Shown here piece by piece: positions 26,423-41,500 of a stretch of 64,000 bases of DNA. Numbering within the stretch: the stretch's first letter is position 1; each line of letters starts with the position of its first letter. Both the position numbers and the translations under genes were made by a program. The stretch covers positions 20,708,001-20,772,000 of the forward strand of contig OX597825.1 of assembly GCA_951406725.2 (NCBI GenBank), written 5' to 3'. The notes beneath the pieces were generated by a model. It saw only the letters and a program-made list of their open reading frames with translations. It was not told the DNA's origin and did no database searches. The DNA comes from Octopus vulgaris. Lineage: Eukaryota.

Positions 26423-26829
26423 GACGGGTTTCTTTCAGTTTCCGTCTACCAAATCCACTCACAAGGCTTTGGTCGGCCCGAGGCTACAGTAGAAGACACT
26501 TGCCCAGGGTGTCACGCAGTGGGACTGGAGCCGGAACCATGTGGTTGGTAAGCAAGCTACTTACCACACAGCCACTCCTGTGCCTAGATTGTTAAATATA
26601 TATTTGAAAAGACTTGTAGATTTCTTCTTTAAAAAACAAGTCTATAGTTGTTTGCTTAAAAGAAGCTCTTTTTTCGCTCTCTGTAAATTTCTCGGTAACA
26701 CGCAGAAGCATTTGTTATGGTCGTAGAAACGTTTACACTTTGTTCAAAATTTGGACTTTGTGTTTGAAAAGTAAAACTCGTAAATCTGAGATTACGTAAA
26801 CCGGATCCTCCTAAAGTGAGGTGTTACTG
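25205..26829. mobile_element. Tigger/pogo-like non-autonomous DNA transposon carrying a 69-bp array and a SINE insertion
   Basis: TA|CAGTAATGCCTCGATATACGAG ... CTCCTAAAGTGAGGTGTTACTG|TA imperfect TIRs with TA duplication. Confidence 0.75.
25229..26001. repeat. Minisatellite, 11 near-identical 69-bp units
   Basis: Unit ttcccagagaccactcgtaaagtagagcaatcattccccatagtatgcaatgttataaactctaattcg. Confidence 0.97.
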
Positions 26830-27945
26830 TATCTGTAAAATTCCATTTTAAAATATGCTTCATTAAGAAAATCGTGAGAAAGCAAAGCTGCGATGAGTGG
26901 GACGGCGAGTGAAATCCTATCTCAGATCCCTCTTAAACAGATTGCAAGGGGGCTTATTTAAGCAATCGCAAGACTAACTAAACGTTGCGACCAACGCTCG
27001 TTCAAACTATATTTCCTGCACCCTTTCAGGTGGGACAAAAAGATCTACTTGAATCAATTTCTCAGAAGATAAGGTGTAAAGGATGTCTACGATTGGGAAT
27101 GTCAATCAGAAGATAAAATCTCATTGAAAGATAGTGTAAGGGTTTTATTTATTTTGTTTTATGTTTTTCTATCAGAAGTGGTGCTTTTTTGCTTTTTTTC
27201 TTTTTTTTCTTTTGTGGGTAGAGAATAAACAGTTCAAGGGTCTATGAGTGGAAGTAATTAAAAAGATATACTCTTTACTCTTTACTCTTTTACTTGTTTC
27301 AGTCATTTGACTGCGGCCATGCTGGAGCACCACCTTTTAGTACTTATTCTATCGGTCTCTTTTTGCCGAACCGCTAAGTGACGGGGACCTAAACACACCA
27401 GCATCGGTTGTCAAGCAATGCTAGGGGGACAAACACAGACACACAAACACACGCATACATATATATATACATATATACGACAGGCTTCTTTCAGTTTCCG
27501 TCTACCAAATCCACTCACAAGGCATTGGTCGGCCCGGGGCTATAGCAGAAGACACTTGCCCAAGATGCCACGCAGTGGGACTGAACCCGCAACCGTGTGG
27601 TTGGTTAGCAAGCTACTTACCACACAGCCACTCATTTCATCTATACGGAGAAAGAAGATAACCGATCCTACGTGGATATATACACGCATGTTTAAGCATA
27701 TACTTACTAAATCATATATTACTCTATTTGTACTCCTTTTACTCTTTTACTTTTTTTCAGTCATTTGACTGCGGCCATGCTGGAGCGCCGCCTTTAGTCG
27801 AGCAAATCGAACCCAGGACTTATTCTTTGTAAGCCTAGTACTTATTCTATTGATCTCTTTGGCTGAACCGCTAAGTTACGGGCACATAAACATACCAGCA
27901 TTGGCTGTCAAGCGATGTTGGGTGGGGACAAGCACAAACACACAG

Positions 27946-28027
<82 letters not shown>

Positions 28028-28038
28028 ATATATATATA

Positions 28039-28074
<36 letters not shown>

Positions 28075-28275
28075 CATATATACGACGGGCTTCTTTCAGC
28101 TTCCGTCTACCAAATCTACTCACAATGCTTTGGTCGCTCCGAGGCTATAGTAGAAGACACCTGCCCAAAATTCCACGCAGTGGGACTGAATCCGGAACCA
28201 TGTAGTTCGTAAGCAAGCTACTTACCATAAAGCCATTCCTACATACAGACACACACACACAAACAAACAAACAAA

Positions 28276-28397
<122 letters not shown>

Positions 28398-28567
28398 TTA
28401 ATACCCGACGGGAATATACCGTAGTTCTTCGCTCCGACATTGGAAACTCTGAGTATTGTTTGCTCTAAATTATACCATATAAAATAATCCTCTATTTCTA
28501 CAAATATCGAGGTCGCATTCTTTCCTTGTTATACATATTACTATTATTATTATTATTATTATTATTA

Positions 28568-28661
<94 letters not shown>

Positions 28662-28679
28662 TTTTTTTTTTCTTCTTTC

Positions 28680-29665
28680 AAATTTGCTTCCATTTCTTGC
28701 CGAGTGTCTTCCCGACTCCTAGGGCAAAGAAACTCATAGTATACATTGGTAGGCCATTAAACCAAACTCAGTAGTTCGTTCATTTTTTTTTTTTTTTTTA
28801 AGTTAAATTAAAATACATGAGCAGCAACAGTTCTCACATCGACAATGCTCTTCTCAATACGTGTGATGTACCAGTTAAGACAATCTTTTGCACTTCTTGC
28901 AGGGATGGTAAGCCAGGGACATATAATTTTCGGTTCCCTTCTTGATCATTCCTAGTGCTCCTACGATCACTGGTATTGTAACCGCCTTGAGATGCCACAT
29001 TTTCTCAATTTCAATGAGTAGGTCTTTATATTTTCTGAGCTTGTCAAACTCTTTCGCTGAGATATTATGATCACAGGGGATGCTCATGTCGATCAATAAG
29101 CAAACTTTATTGTTTTGGTCTTTCACAACAATATCTGGTTTATTGGCCTTGATGGTTCGGTCTGTATGTACTGGAAAGTCCCACAGAATGGTTACATTTT
29201 CTCCTTCAGTTACAGCCTCAGGGTGGTGATTATACCACTTGTCGGCAGTTTTGATATTGTAATGCCGACTTATTAGCCAGTGGAGATATTGGCCAACTCT
29301 GTCATGTCTTAATTTATACTCCACTGGTGCTAAGACTTTACATCCAGAGATTAGGTGGTCCACTGTTTCAATCATGTCGTTGCAGAATCGGCATTTTGGG
29401 TCTGCTCCATTTTTCATCACATTGGCCTGGTAGTTCCAGGTTAATAGGCTTTGATCTTGAGCAGCCAGGATGAAACCTTCGCTCTCTGCTTTTAGCCCTG
29501 AGCTCCGTAGCCACTGATGGGTTTGCTTCTGGTCAACATCAGCTTGTTTGCTGCGGGTCACATATTTGCCGTGCAGAGGTTTCTCCTCCCACCTATCAGC
29601 CAATTGCTCGTGCGCTTTTTTCATTGCCATCATTTTCACCTTCTTTGCAACAATAGTTGCCGTAC
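28680..29665 (-). mobile_element. R4/Dong-like retrotransposon 3' fragment (family E) in (TTA)n; 3' UTR copy at 36170-36250(+)
   Basis: KPLHGKY, AAQDQ, CRFC...HLISGC, RHD, KPDIV, LIDMSIP, KLRKY. Confidence 0.9.
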
Positions 29666-29690
29666 ATTATTATTATTATTATTATTATTA

Positions 29691-29738
<48 letters not shown>

Positions 29739-29823
29739 CCATATATATAATTTGACCGCGTGTGTACCGTTGGCGATTTTTTTTTCCTCCGTCTTCCCTT
29801 CTTTGGATCTTTCCTTTTCCTAT

Positions 29824-29858
29824 GTTTCTGACGAAGAGCTCCGCTCGAAACGTTAAAC
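29824..29858 (+). ncRNA. Minimal type I hammerhead ribozyme motif in a ~220-bp element (29745-29965)
   Basis: gttt-CTGACGA-a-gagc/tcc/gctc-GAAA-cgtt-aaac. Confidence 0.75.
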
Positions 29859-30200
29859 CCTCCTTCTTTGCTTCCTTCCTGAGCGTCCAATAATACTATA
29901 TTTGTTCCACGTGTTCGCGTTGTTGTGTTTTCTCTTTGTGTTTTCATGTTCGGATTAACTATCTATAACTATAACGGGATATATCGTTAATGGTAAATGT
30001 TTTTGATTTTCACTCTCGATGAATTTATCCCTTTTTTGTGTCCCTAGCACTTGGCATCCTTATTTGGGAGCCCTTAATTATATTTCTATATAAATAATAT
30101 TTTGTCTAATGACTAATTCGTCTTTTGTGCTGGGCCACTGGTAGTAATCTATGTTATTACCCTTTTTTGATTATATATATATATGTATATATATATATCC

Positions 30201-30295
<95 letters not shown>

Positions 30296-30799
30296 TGTAT
30301 GTATGTATGTATGTATATGTGCGTTATTTACTGCCGAACTCGTGATATATCAACTGACAAGTGATGAAGAGGCACACCTTACCACTTACCCACAAGATCT
30401 AGAGTGTTATCTACTTCATATTTTCTGCATATCTTATCAATTTGAAATATCGATATACGTATGGGGAACAAAGTTGTTATTGAAACTGTCTAGCCCTTGC
30501 TTGCTGGGAATCGCGCTACAGTTTATAGTGATGGTGCTTTGTGTGATATACTAAACATTTTGTGCTCGCCACCGTTTAGATTTCGGTTGTGGCCACAACT
30601 GACGTAGGTAACATCAATTCGGTAGGAGCGGGACATTTGCTCTTTCTTTACATTTATTGTTGAATGTGTGCATTCCAGCAGAATTTTGGGGGCTAATGAA
30701 GGTATTCATACTGCAGCTATTTCTGTGTAAATGTGTTCCTTTGTATTTGTCTGGGCTGCATTAATGGGGTTATTGGTTCTAGGAACTTAACAGGAATCT

Positions 30800-31760
30800 C
30801 CAAAGAGTTTTGCTGAAATACAATCGTCATCGTGGACATTACTTTAGACATCAAGACAGTCAAGTACTAACCCTTCAGAAAGAGAAACGAGGAGATGCCT
30901 ATATTCATAGGAATTTAAATCGTTGCCGCCCTTCACTTTAGTTTGAAACTCGGTTGACAGCTTCAGTAGAGGAATCTCTAATTTATCCTCAGTCAGAAAT
31001 ATAGTCAACAATTCTGCATTCTCTTACGAGACTGTTAGTGGCGAGAGGTTCTGGTGAAAAATTAGTGCTTATGGACAATCCCCGCACTCGCATCCAAAAC
31101 AGAAATGTTAAGATTAGAAAATAAAAAAACTGATTTAATAATCCATTCACCTTAAATGTCTCCAGAAATATAACCAGGAACTTGTTTTCTCTATTTAGGA
31201 AGCACATCCGAAACATAAATACCACAGGATATGTAATATGCATAACGTTAAGTTTAGTTATCCTTGCCAAGACAATATCCCTTCGAACATCACGTCAAAC
31301 CACACTACAACAGAAAGAATAAACACTGATAGAGGTTTTACCCCATGTAACAACTTGCACATGTGGAAATCAATCCATTGTCCCCTGAAGGGATTCTGCC
31401 TTTCCAACGCAGTAATCTATAGGGCGACACTTCTCACCACCTGACGATATCCTGAGGTATTACACAGAACTTTAAGGAAATATTTGCTCAGCATATAAAC
31501 TCCTTCAAACCCACAGACAGCGAAATCTCCACCCTTTTGTCCTGTTTAATCTAAAATTTCCGAGGTCAAGGAAATAACCTGCCTAGTATAACCTGCAATG
31601 TTTATGATCAGGTCTTTCATTACTCTCCCTTGCACGCAATTCGTGTTTTTGTTTCTATGAAAAACTGCACATATTACAACAACCAAACAATATTCTCTTA
31701 ACAAGAACGCAGAACAACTGCTACCAGCAGAGCCATTAGTTATTAACACAATTTCATAAA
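30800..31760 (+). mobile_element. Degenerate Penelope-like element (RT C-terminus, Cys linker, GIY-YIG)
   Basis: VDITLDI...PFRK...YIHRN; CTCG...CPLKGFCLSNAVIYRAT. Confidence 0.7.
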
Positions 31761-32848
31761 TTTGATTTTAAAAACCTTTAAAAACAATCTTTAAATTTAA
31801 TAAAACTGCTAACAAAAGCAAAAAGAAACTACTGTTATCTATATTGCAACGAAGATGTCTTCCAATCAACACTCGGCCATCAATCGTTTCACACTTATAC
31901 ACTTTTCATACTTATATTTAATTATATTATTATCATTATTATTGTTATTATTCTATGTTGACTTTTGCTTTACATTTGTACAAGTTGGCTCCAAGTCTCA
32001 CCCAGAGACCTCAAGAGGCAACAGGTTGGAAGTTCATGTTGTTGTTATGCCTAGTGTGCCATATATTTGGTTTTGTATTTAGTGTTGTACTAGTGAATGT
32101 CTAATACATAAATAAAATTTTTTAAATAATTTTTTTTTTTTAAACCATACGGAAATTATGTTTGTTTTAAAACTTGAGATTACATAGAAAGTATTTTGCG
32201 TAGGATATGAGCAGTTCCCATGAGCACTATCTTTTGAATTTCTGCCATTTTGGGGTTTCCTGGTATCTGAGTTAGGTAGCAATCAGCCCCTTTTGCTATC
32301 ATTCCCAGGGCACCAATGACAACACGTATTGTTTTAGTCTTCAGGTTCCACATTTTGCTGATTTCTATTTCAAGATCTTTATATTTGCTCAGTTTTTGGT
32401 AGGTCTTGACAGATACGTTTATATCGATTGGGACAGTCATATTATTATTATCATTATTATTATTGTTATTATTATTATTATTATTTGTTCTTGCTAGTAT
32501 CAGGCTTTACAATAGTTTTCTTTTTTATTCGCTATCATTTACAATATATTTTCTACTTTCCCATTCATTCTTCACTATATTCTCATTAACGTATTCCTTT
32601 TTCTTTTCTCTTTCTTTCTTTTTTAGATTTGCTTTATTTATACCAGCAAATGAATTAATCAATATTCACTATTAAGTGTTATCTTTATGTAATTATACAT
32701 TTGCAATGCATTTTTTAAATCTTATTAAATACAGACAGTAAACTTCACAATATGCCACGCACAATTATAATATATATATATATATTCGATTTTTAATAAA
32801 TCATTTAACCCACCTTCTTTTAAAGTTTTAACCTTGGGATTCTATTAA

Positions 32849-32933
32849 CTCTGATGAGAGAAGTATAGAGTATTGCTTTGGTTGGAGTTATCTCGCCCAT
32901 AGCAACCTGTATCTTTTCGAAACGGCCGTAAGA
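32849..32933 (+). ncRNA. Hammerhead-like motif with long stem II and palindromic stem III
   Basis: CTGATGA-gagaagtatag...ctgtatcttttc-GAAA-cggccg-TA; stem I weak. Confidence 0.55.
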
Positions 32934-33252
32934 CTTTATACATAGGTTTTATGCATGCGACAGATTCCTTATGAATCATCTTACATTCGCTTTATCATCC
33001 ACTTCATTGATTCAAATTCGAACATTCGGACTTCGCAAGTAAATTTATGGACTTATATTTTTCTATATTTATATTTATGAATTTTTATGTGTTTATAAAT
33101 TTTTATATGTCTATGAATTTTTATATATTTATAAATTTTCGTGTATATGTATGTATTTATAAATTCTTAGAAATTTTTTATATATCATATAGCTGAATGC
33201 ATCTATACATGTAGCTTGTATACCATGGAGAATTTCGCTAATATGGATTGAA

Positions 33253-33323
<71 letters not shown>

Positions 33324-33931
33324 TTGAATTTGTTTTCTCTCCTCCTTAATGTTATTATTTTTATTAACCATGTATTACTGAAAATGCATTCATATATAAA
33401 GTACAGAACTGGGAATGGTTATTATTGGTTTAGCCTAGAGACAAGTAAATTCGACTTAAGTCGTGTCTCCTGGAACGAATTAACGATGTAGAGTGAGGAA
33501 TACCTATACATATAAATATATATATACAAATATATATATATATATTCTTTTATTTGTTTCATTCATTTGACTACGGCCATGCTAGAGCACCACCTTTATT
33601 CGAATAAATCGATTCCAGGACTTATTCTTTGAAAGTCTTATAGTTTTTCTATCGGTCTCTTTTGCCGAACTGCTAAGCTAGGGGACGCAAACATCGGTTG
33701 TCATGCGATGGGGGAGATACAAACACAGACACACAAATATATACATACACACACACATGTATGTATGTATATATATGTATACAACGGGCTTCTTTCCGTC
33801 TACCAAATCCACTCACAAGGCTTTGGTCGGCCTGAGGTTATAGTAGAAGACACTTGCCCAAGGTACCACGCAACGGGACTGAGTGAACCCGAAACCATGT
33901 GGTTGGGAAGCAAGATTCTTACCACAGTTAC

Positions 33932-33982
<51 letters not shown>

Positions 33983-33995
33983 TATATATATATAC

Positions 33996-34130
<135 letters not shown>

Positions 34131-34143
34131 CATATATATATAC

Positions 34144-34177
<34 letters not shown>

Positions 34178-34181
34178 TACT

Positions 34182-34337
<156 letters not shown>

Positions 34338-34348
34338 TACATATATAT

Positions 34349-34379
<31 letters not shown>

Positions 34380-35479
34380 AAATAAATAAAGCTGAAGGCA
34401 TATCATATGAAAATATATTTATTTATATATGCATGTATAAATCACCGCTACCACCACCCTCTCATCATCATCATCGTCATCATTATCATTATCATCATCA
34501 TCCTTGCCGTCGTCGTCGTCATCACAATCTTAGAGTCCGTTTTACAGTGCTGGCATGGGTTGGCTGGGAGCTATAACAAGTACCCCGTTCGTCGGCTGAC
34601 ACCAGTCATGTTCGGTGTCAATAACGAACCGGTTTCATTTTACCAAACAATTTTGTTTTTGTTTTTTTTTTTATAATAATAAAAAAAAAGGAAGAAACTA
34701 AACAAGCACACACATATATAAATAAATATAAATAAATATTTACAGATATATAATAGGCATATACATATACATACACATACAAATACTCATATAAACTATA
34801 TTAACAAATGCACACACATGCAAACACGCATACATATATGTATATAACTACTTCAATATAGTTCATTTCATCAAAATGATAATGTAAATCTGTAAAATTG
34901 TAAGACAAAGTAAAATGGGAAGTTGTGACAAGCATGCCTTGTTCTTTGAGAGCTTTAGAGTAGTCTAAACAAAAGCAATTCTAAGAAATAAAATGGTTTC
35001 AAATTTTCGCACAAGGCCCACAATTTTAGGGGATTTGGGACTAGGTGCTTACGTTGACTCCCATTGCTTAACTAGTATCTATTTTATCAACCCACAATAG
35101 GATGAAAGGAAAAAATGAACCCTAATGACATTTGACCCCAGAACGGAAAAGGGCCACAAGAAATTCCACAAAACATTTTGTCCAATGTGGTAATGGTTCT
35201 GCCAGTTCTACACATCAATAATAATAATAATCCCTTCTATTATAGGGCTTCTTTCAGTTTCCGTCTACCAAATCCACTCACAAGGCTTTGGTCAGCCCGT
35301 GGCTATAGTAGAAGACACTTGCCCAAGTTGCCACGCAGTGGAACAGAACCCGGAACCATGTGGTTCGTAACTCATAAATATATATACATATACACATGTA
35401 TATACGTATGTATATATATATAGTCTACTATAGGCCTGAAAGTTGGGAGAGGGTATAGTCAATTACATCGACCCCTGTA

Positions 35480-35685
35480 CTCATCGTCATCATCATCGTC
35501 ATCATCGTTTAACGTCTGCTTTCCATGCTAGCATGGGTTGGACGATTTTGACTGAGGGCTGGCGAACCAGATGGCTGCACCAGGCTTCAATCTTGATCTT
35601 GCAGAGTTTCTACAGCTGGATGCCCTTCCTAACGCCAACCACTCCGAGAGTGTAGTGGATGCTTTTTACGTGCCACTGGCACGTA
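35480..35685 (-). mobile_element. SINE family D with (GAT)n tail; copies 43330-43800, 46450-46690, 60170-60480, 63000-63258
   Basis: Conserved tttaacgtccgctttccatgctagcatgggttgga...ttctacagctggatgcccttcctaa after (CAT)n. Confidence 0.75.
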
Positions 35686-35714
35686 ATCATCAAGAGATGA
35701 TTTTTTTTTTTTAA

Positions 35715-35995
35715 TGAGAATATCTGAAATAAACTCGACTGCTCTCACAGATGAGAATACTAAAAAATGAACCTGATCGCTCTCAAAAATTAAGTAAAAA
35801 AAACAGGAAAAGTAATCTCGAATCTTTGTCCAGTACCGGATCAGTGCCAAAATCTAATCAGTTCATGCTAGTTCCAAGACCAAACATCCCTGAAAGTTTC
35901 ATCCAAATACATCCAGCGGTTTTGGAGATATCATGTCCTCAGACAAACAAATGTGACTGAAAACAATACCTCCGCCTTCGCTAATGCAGAAGTAA
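35715..35995 (+). mobile_element. Dispersed ~280-bp repeat, Helentron/HINE-like 3' hairpin; second copy 42625-42905
   Basis: Two similar copies ending aatacctccgccttcgcta.(g)cgga(a/g)gt after (acaa)n; family assignment is inferred. Confidence 0.55.
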
Positions 35996-37191
35996 TAATA
36001 ATAATAATAGTAATATCATCTTTCCTTTTTCCCCTTTATTTTCGGGGGGGGGTCAACTTTTCTTTTTGTCCTTCTTTCCTTTTTCTCACTGTCTTTCTTC
36101 CCCTTCTGTTTTTTTTTTTCTATTTCATGACTCTGTAAATGAATGATTAGGTGTCTTTATTTTAATAGCCTACCAATGTATACAGTGAGTTTCTTTGCCC
36201 TAGGTGTCGGGAAGACACTCGGCAAGAAATGGAAACAAAATTGAAAGAAGACAATTATAATAATAATAATAATAATAACAATAATAATAATAATAATAAT
36301 TCCTTCTACTATAGGCACAAGGCCTGGAATCTTTGGGGGAAGTGGGGGCTTGTCAATTATATCGACCCCTGTGTTACTCTGTTAATTATTTCATTGAGCC
36401 CAGAAAGAGCATTTTGCCCAACGTGCTAGCGATTCTGCTCACTCATTGCCTTAGTAATTATTTCAAAATTTTTTCCACAAGGGCAGCTTAGGGGAAGAGG
36501 GGACGAGTCGATTACATCGACTACCCCACCCCTAATACTCAACCGGTACTTAATTTATTGACCCCGAAAGGATGAAAGGCAAGGTCAAACTCAATGGAAT
36601 TTGAACTCAGAATGTGGCAACAGGCAAAATACTGCTAACCATTTTGTCCAGCAAGCTGACAATTCTGACAACTCGCTGCCTTAAGACATTGCCTTAGTAA
36701 TAACAAATTAAAGAAAAATAAAAACCAAATCTGTAACTTGTACAGGATCTGTGTGTGCGTGGTTGTGTATGTGTATGTATGTGTGTGTGTGTGTGTGTGT
36801 GATCCTGTGAGCATGAAAATGACTGCTATTCAAAATAAAGTTTCAAGCAGTGACATGAGCTTTCAATGAGGTAAATATCCCAAATATATTTTTGCATGGG
36901 AGTAAACAGGATTAAGGGACAAAAGTACATTAAGCAGGGAGTACGGAAATAACAGAGGGAAAAGTACGAATCACCACCGTATTCTTTCTTGATCTTTCAT
37001 TTGTCTCACTCATTTGACTACGCCCATACTGGAGCACACCCTGCCCTAGCATTAATTGTAGTTCACTACCAATAAAACAGTTAATAATTTTAGGGGATTT
37101 CTTTGAGTTTAATTTTTTTCAGTTATATTATTAGTTTTCATTCAAGGGTTGCTTTATGGTATTTTGTCTTCGGTTTTATAAGGGGTTAGGG

Positions 37192-37270
<79 letters not shown>

Positions 37271-37338
37271 TATGTATATATATAAATATATATATATATA
37301 AGTGTATGTATATATATAAATATATATATATATAAGTG

Positions 37339-37395
<57 letters not shown>

Positions 37396-37621
37396 GTAGG
37401 GAATACAATTCCAAACTTACAGGGAAAAGTTCAATTTAGCAATTCTAAATCAAATTTCACAATATATAATATATGTATATAATTAAGAGAACTAACAAAA
37501 AATTTAAATATACTATAATAAATATTATTCAAATAATATTTATTATAGTATATTTAATTTTTTTCTATATGACATAGATAATGTCTTTCACTATTGAATT
37601 ACTTAATAGAGCTTATTTCTC

Positions 37622-37661
<40 letters not shown>

Positions 37662-37680
37662 CATTATATATACACTTGTG

Positions 37681-37724
<44 letters not shown>

Positions 37725-38087
37725 AATATAGATCTTAAACTGTTAGCCCTTAAGTCACTTTTGTAACTCTTAACTGATAAAAAACTATATATACATATAT
37801 ATACAAACATACATGCATACATACAAATATATATATGCAAATTAGGGACTCCTCCATAGAGTAACTGCTGCATTTGTTGAGTATATAAACAGTTTGGCTG
37901 ACTGTTTCTCTGGAGATTGTCAGAATGATGTAGACACCTCTGATGAGAACCCAATAAGGTTTGCAAATCGATTGAGGTTGTTCATCATCTTTTTAAGCCT
38001 GAGGAGAAATGGCTAAAATTTGCCCTGTTTATAATTACTTACACCATATATATTTGCCCTGTTTATAATTACTTACACCATATATAT

Positions 38088-38136
<49 letters not shown>

Positions 38137-38171
38137 CATATATATATATGTATATATATACATACACATAT

Positions 38172-38246
<75 letters not shown>

Positions 38247-38794
38247 TTGATAATTATTAAGAGATAATTGTTTCCAATGAAAGAAAAGCCAAAAGTGAAA
38301 TCAATAGAATGTGCATTGATTGACATTTTGGTTTCATCTTCATAATTCTTTCCATGTCTATGATAATCCTCTCCTCAGACAGTCTGCACAAACCCCTAAT
38401 CAGATAGCAGCAGATTTGGGTGTCTTGAAGAATGAGAAGTTGGTGGGGCAGGGGAAAGAGAGAGAAAAAGAGAAAGAGAAAGTGAAAGACTAGGAGAGAA
38501 ACGGAGGGGGAAGAACTATTGAAAGAGAGATGTGTATGACTCCAAGAGAGAGGAGGAGAGAATGAGAAAGGAAGAGGAAAGAGAAAGAGAGATCAAAGAA
38601 AGGGTGAGAGCTGATGAGAGAGTGAGAGGTAGATTATAACATGACAAATGGAGGGTGAGAAGTAATGAAAGAGAGAAAGAGAGGCTTAGACAAAATGAAG
38701 AGAATGAGAGAGAAACAGAGAGAGAGAGAGAAGGGATGTATTAAAGGAGTTGTAAAGTAATGAGAGACAATCCTTCTGAAAAAAGACAACTTAA

Positions 38795-39015
38795 CTCTTT
38801 TGAAGCCAACCCAGCTGAAATTGCCTCTGGCCCTATAGTATAAATGTCTGGTTTCCGCAAGTTTTGAATTAAAATCTTCACCAAACCTTAGTCAAAATTT
38901 ATGTCCCTAAAACTAGTTAATTGATAACGAAGTTATTTTACTAAATTTTTTGTTATATTTAAAATTAATGGAAAGAAACTCAGAGTATCGCAAAAGTAAA
39001 ATGGTAACAAAAGGG
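38795..39015. mobile_element. piggyBac-type MITE just downstream of the MYO1E stop
   Basis: TTAA|ctcttttg ... caaaaggg|TTAA. Confidence 0.6.
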
Positions 39016-39252
39016 TTAAGAGATGAAATAACAGAGTGTGATATAAAGAGAGAAGAAAGGGGGCTAGATTTAAAAAAAAAAAAAAAAGGTAGATTTAAGG
39101 AGAGCTAAGGTAAGAGAGTGATGTGGTTGGGGGGTGAAATTGAATGCTTGGGAGAGCATTCGCTTGGTAACCTGATCAGGTTTGGGCTTGAAATCAAATA
39201 TGACAAAGTTGCTACAAAGTCGCTTCACTGAAAAATCTTCCTCAAATCTTCC

Positions 39253-39329
39253 TCACATCCTCTCAATATAATTCAATGGGAACAAACCGATTCGACCTCG
39301 GAGTTTCCCTTTCCACCAACCACAAGGAT
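39253..39329 (-). CDS. MYO1E: MYO1E terminal coding exon (SH3 C-half + stop)
   Basis: ttgcag|AT; [28 protein letters not shown]. Confidence 0.95.
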
Positions 39330-40520
39330 CTGCAACAGAAATACAAATAAAGATGTAAATATTTGTGTGTGTGTGTGTGTTCTTATATGTATGTATGTAT
39401 GTAATCTATGTATGTAATATTTATATATGTAATCTGCCTAGATGTAATCTTGGCAGATTTTAATAACATGCCTTGTGTCTCCAGGCAACCATTAAGCTCT
39501 GAGCACATGATCTATTCAATTTACAAGTCAGAACAGTAGAACATGAGAAATCATGAGAAAAAAAAATGAGAAGGTAGTTGTAAAAAATGGAAGAGGTAGG
39601 AAATTAGAAAAAGAAAAGAAAAACAAAAGAAGAAAATTACAGTTACATGCCCCTTGACCATAAAGCCATAATAAAGCTAGTAGGTTTAGAATGATTCAGA
39701 GGAGAGTTGTTTAAAATCTGTGAGACAGCTGCTCAATCCGGAGTGGGAGGTGTGCTCCAATTCACCAAAAGAAATTTATCTGTATGTATACATTTGCTAA
39801 AAATTTCTGATCTGTAATTCAGTAGATTGATGGAATTCTTAAATCAAAAAAGAATATGTGATCTTTCAGCTGCATATAAGTTGCAGTTCTTAGACCCATT
39901 AACATATGGCATGGATTTCTCTACCATTTTCCACTTCATTGAATGTGGTGTGGAGTTTGTCTTCAAACTTCATACATGGCAAGCCATATTAGTGTCTTTC
40001 TTTTTGCTAATAAACCAGAAAGAACAGAGGTTGCTAGCATAACATTTTCTGAAATCACCTTCACATAACTTAATGTGATTCTTTTGTTTGCTTAGATTAT
40101 CTTGAAGCATTACTGTGACTTCTACTTCATAGACAACAGAGTTTTTCATACACACCTGGTCAAGTGGACAAACCTATGAGTCTCAACAGTTACAACTCAC
40201 ATACCAGTAAATAGTTTTTACATTATATATAATCATAAGCTGGCAATTCAGTGCATCCCTAGTTTCATTTCAGTATGTGATGTTGATAAGCCACAAAAAT
40301 TGTGAAACATAAGTATCCATCACTCCTAAATGGGATTAGGGGTAAGTTGTCTCACTTGTCTGTGGTGTTCAGGTGTGTTAACACCCAGTGCAATGAAAGA
40401 GTCATCCTACAGGTGCTTTACTGTAGCAAACCGGTAAACAAACAAAATACGTATACTGAATATGTGTGATCAATAATGTAAACTACACTAGTAGAGTTTC
40501 TGATTCATTGCTGAAGATAT

Positions 40521-40567
<47 letters not shown>

Positions 40568-40571
40568 TATA

Positions 40572-40641
<70 letters not shown>

Positions 40642-41063
40642 TAGATATACATACACATTTATATATACATATACATATACAGGATTGATCAAAAGTTACC
40701 CGACAGTAAATCAAAACTCCATAAATACTACCTGTAATTCTATATTGACTCGAATGGAAAAGTATGTCACTCAAGAAGGACTTCAGTTTGAACAATTTTC
40801 ATGATGTTTCAAATTGAGATGGTTTTATTAAATTCATTCAGATGTTAAACATTAAAAAAATCTTGGAATTAAATGGTTTTTGATTTACTATCAGGTGACT
40901 TTTGGCCAACTCTTTATATATCATATATATATACACCAAAGATATTCTTGTTGCTTACTTTGATTATAATCACCCCCATGGATTTATATAGATAATACCA
41001 TACAAAATTCTGGTGCAGCTGACCTAAGTACCATATTTATTTGAATCTAAATTTTGCTGAACT

Positions 41064-41095
<32 letters not shown>

Positions 41096-41463
41096 TACAC
41101 ATAATTTGGGATGTCTAGGATGTTCACAATAGCATTAACCACCAATCAAGTTTGGTTGAGATTCCAGTTGAATCAGTAATGACACAACAATACGTAAGTT
41201 GTACTGACTTCCACAATAGCCAGGAGTATATCTCTGGTTATCAGAGATCCAACTACACACACACACACACACACATACAAACAGATGTATAAGATTTGCA
41301 AATAAAGCAATGACATCATCACTATAGAGATAATTACAACAATCAGTTAAACTGCGTTAATGAATGGCAACTGATTGATAACCAAAATAGATAACTAGTA
41401 CATGTTACCTGTGAGGTCAAAGGTGAACTCGGTGAATCAGCATGTTTTTATTAGTGTCTTCAG

Positions 41464-41500
<37 letters not shown>

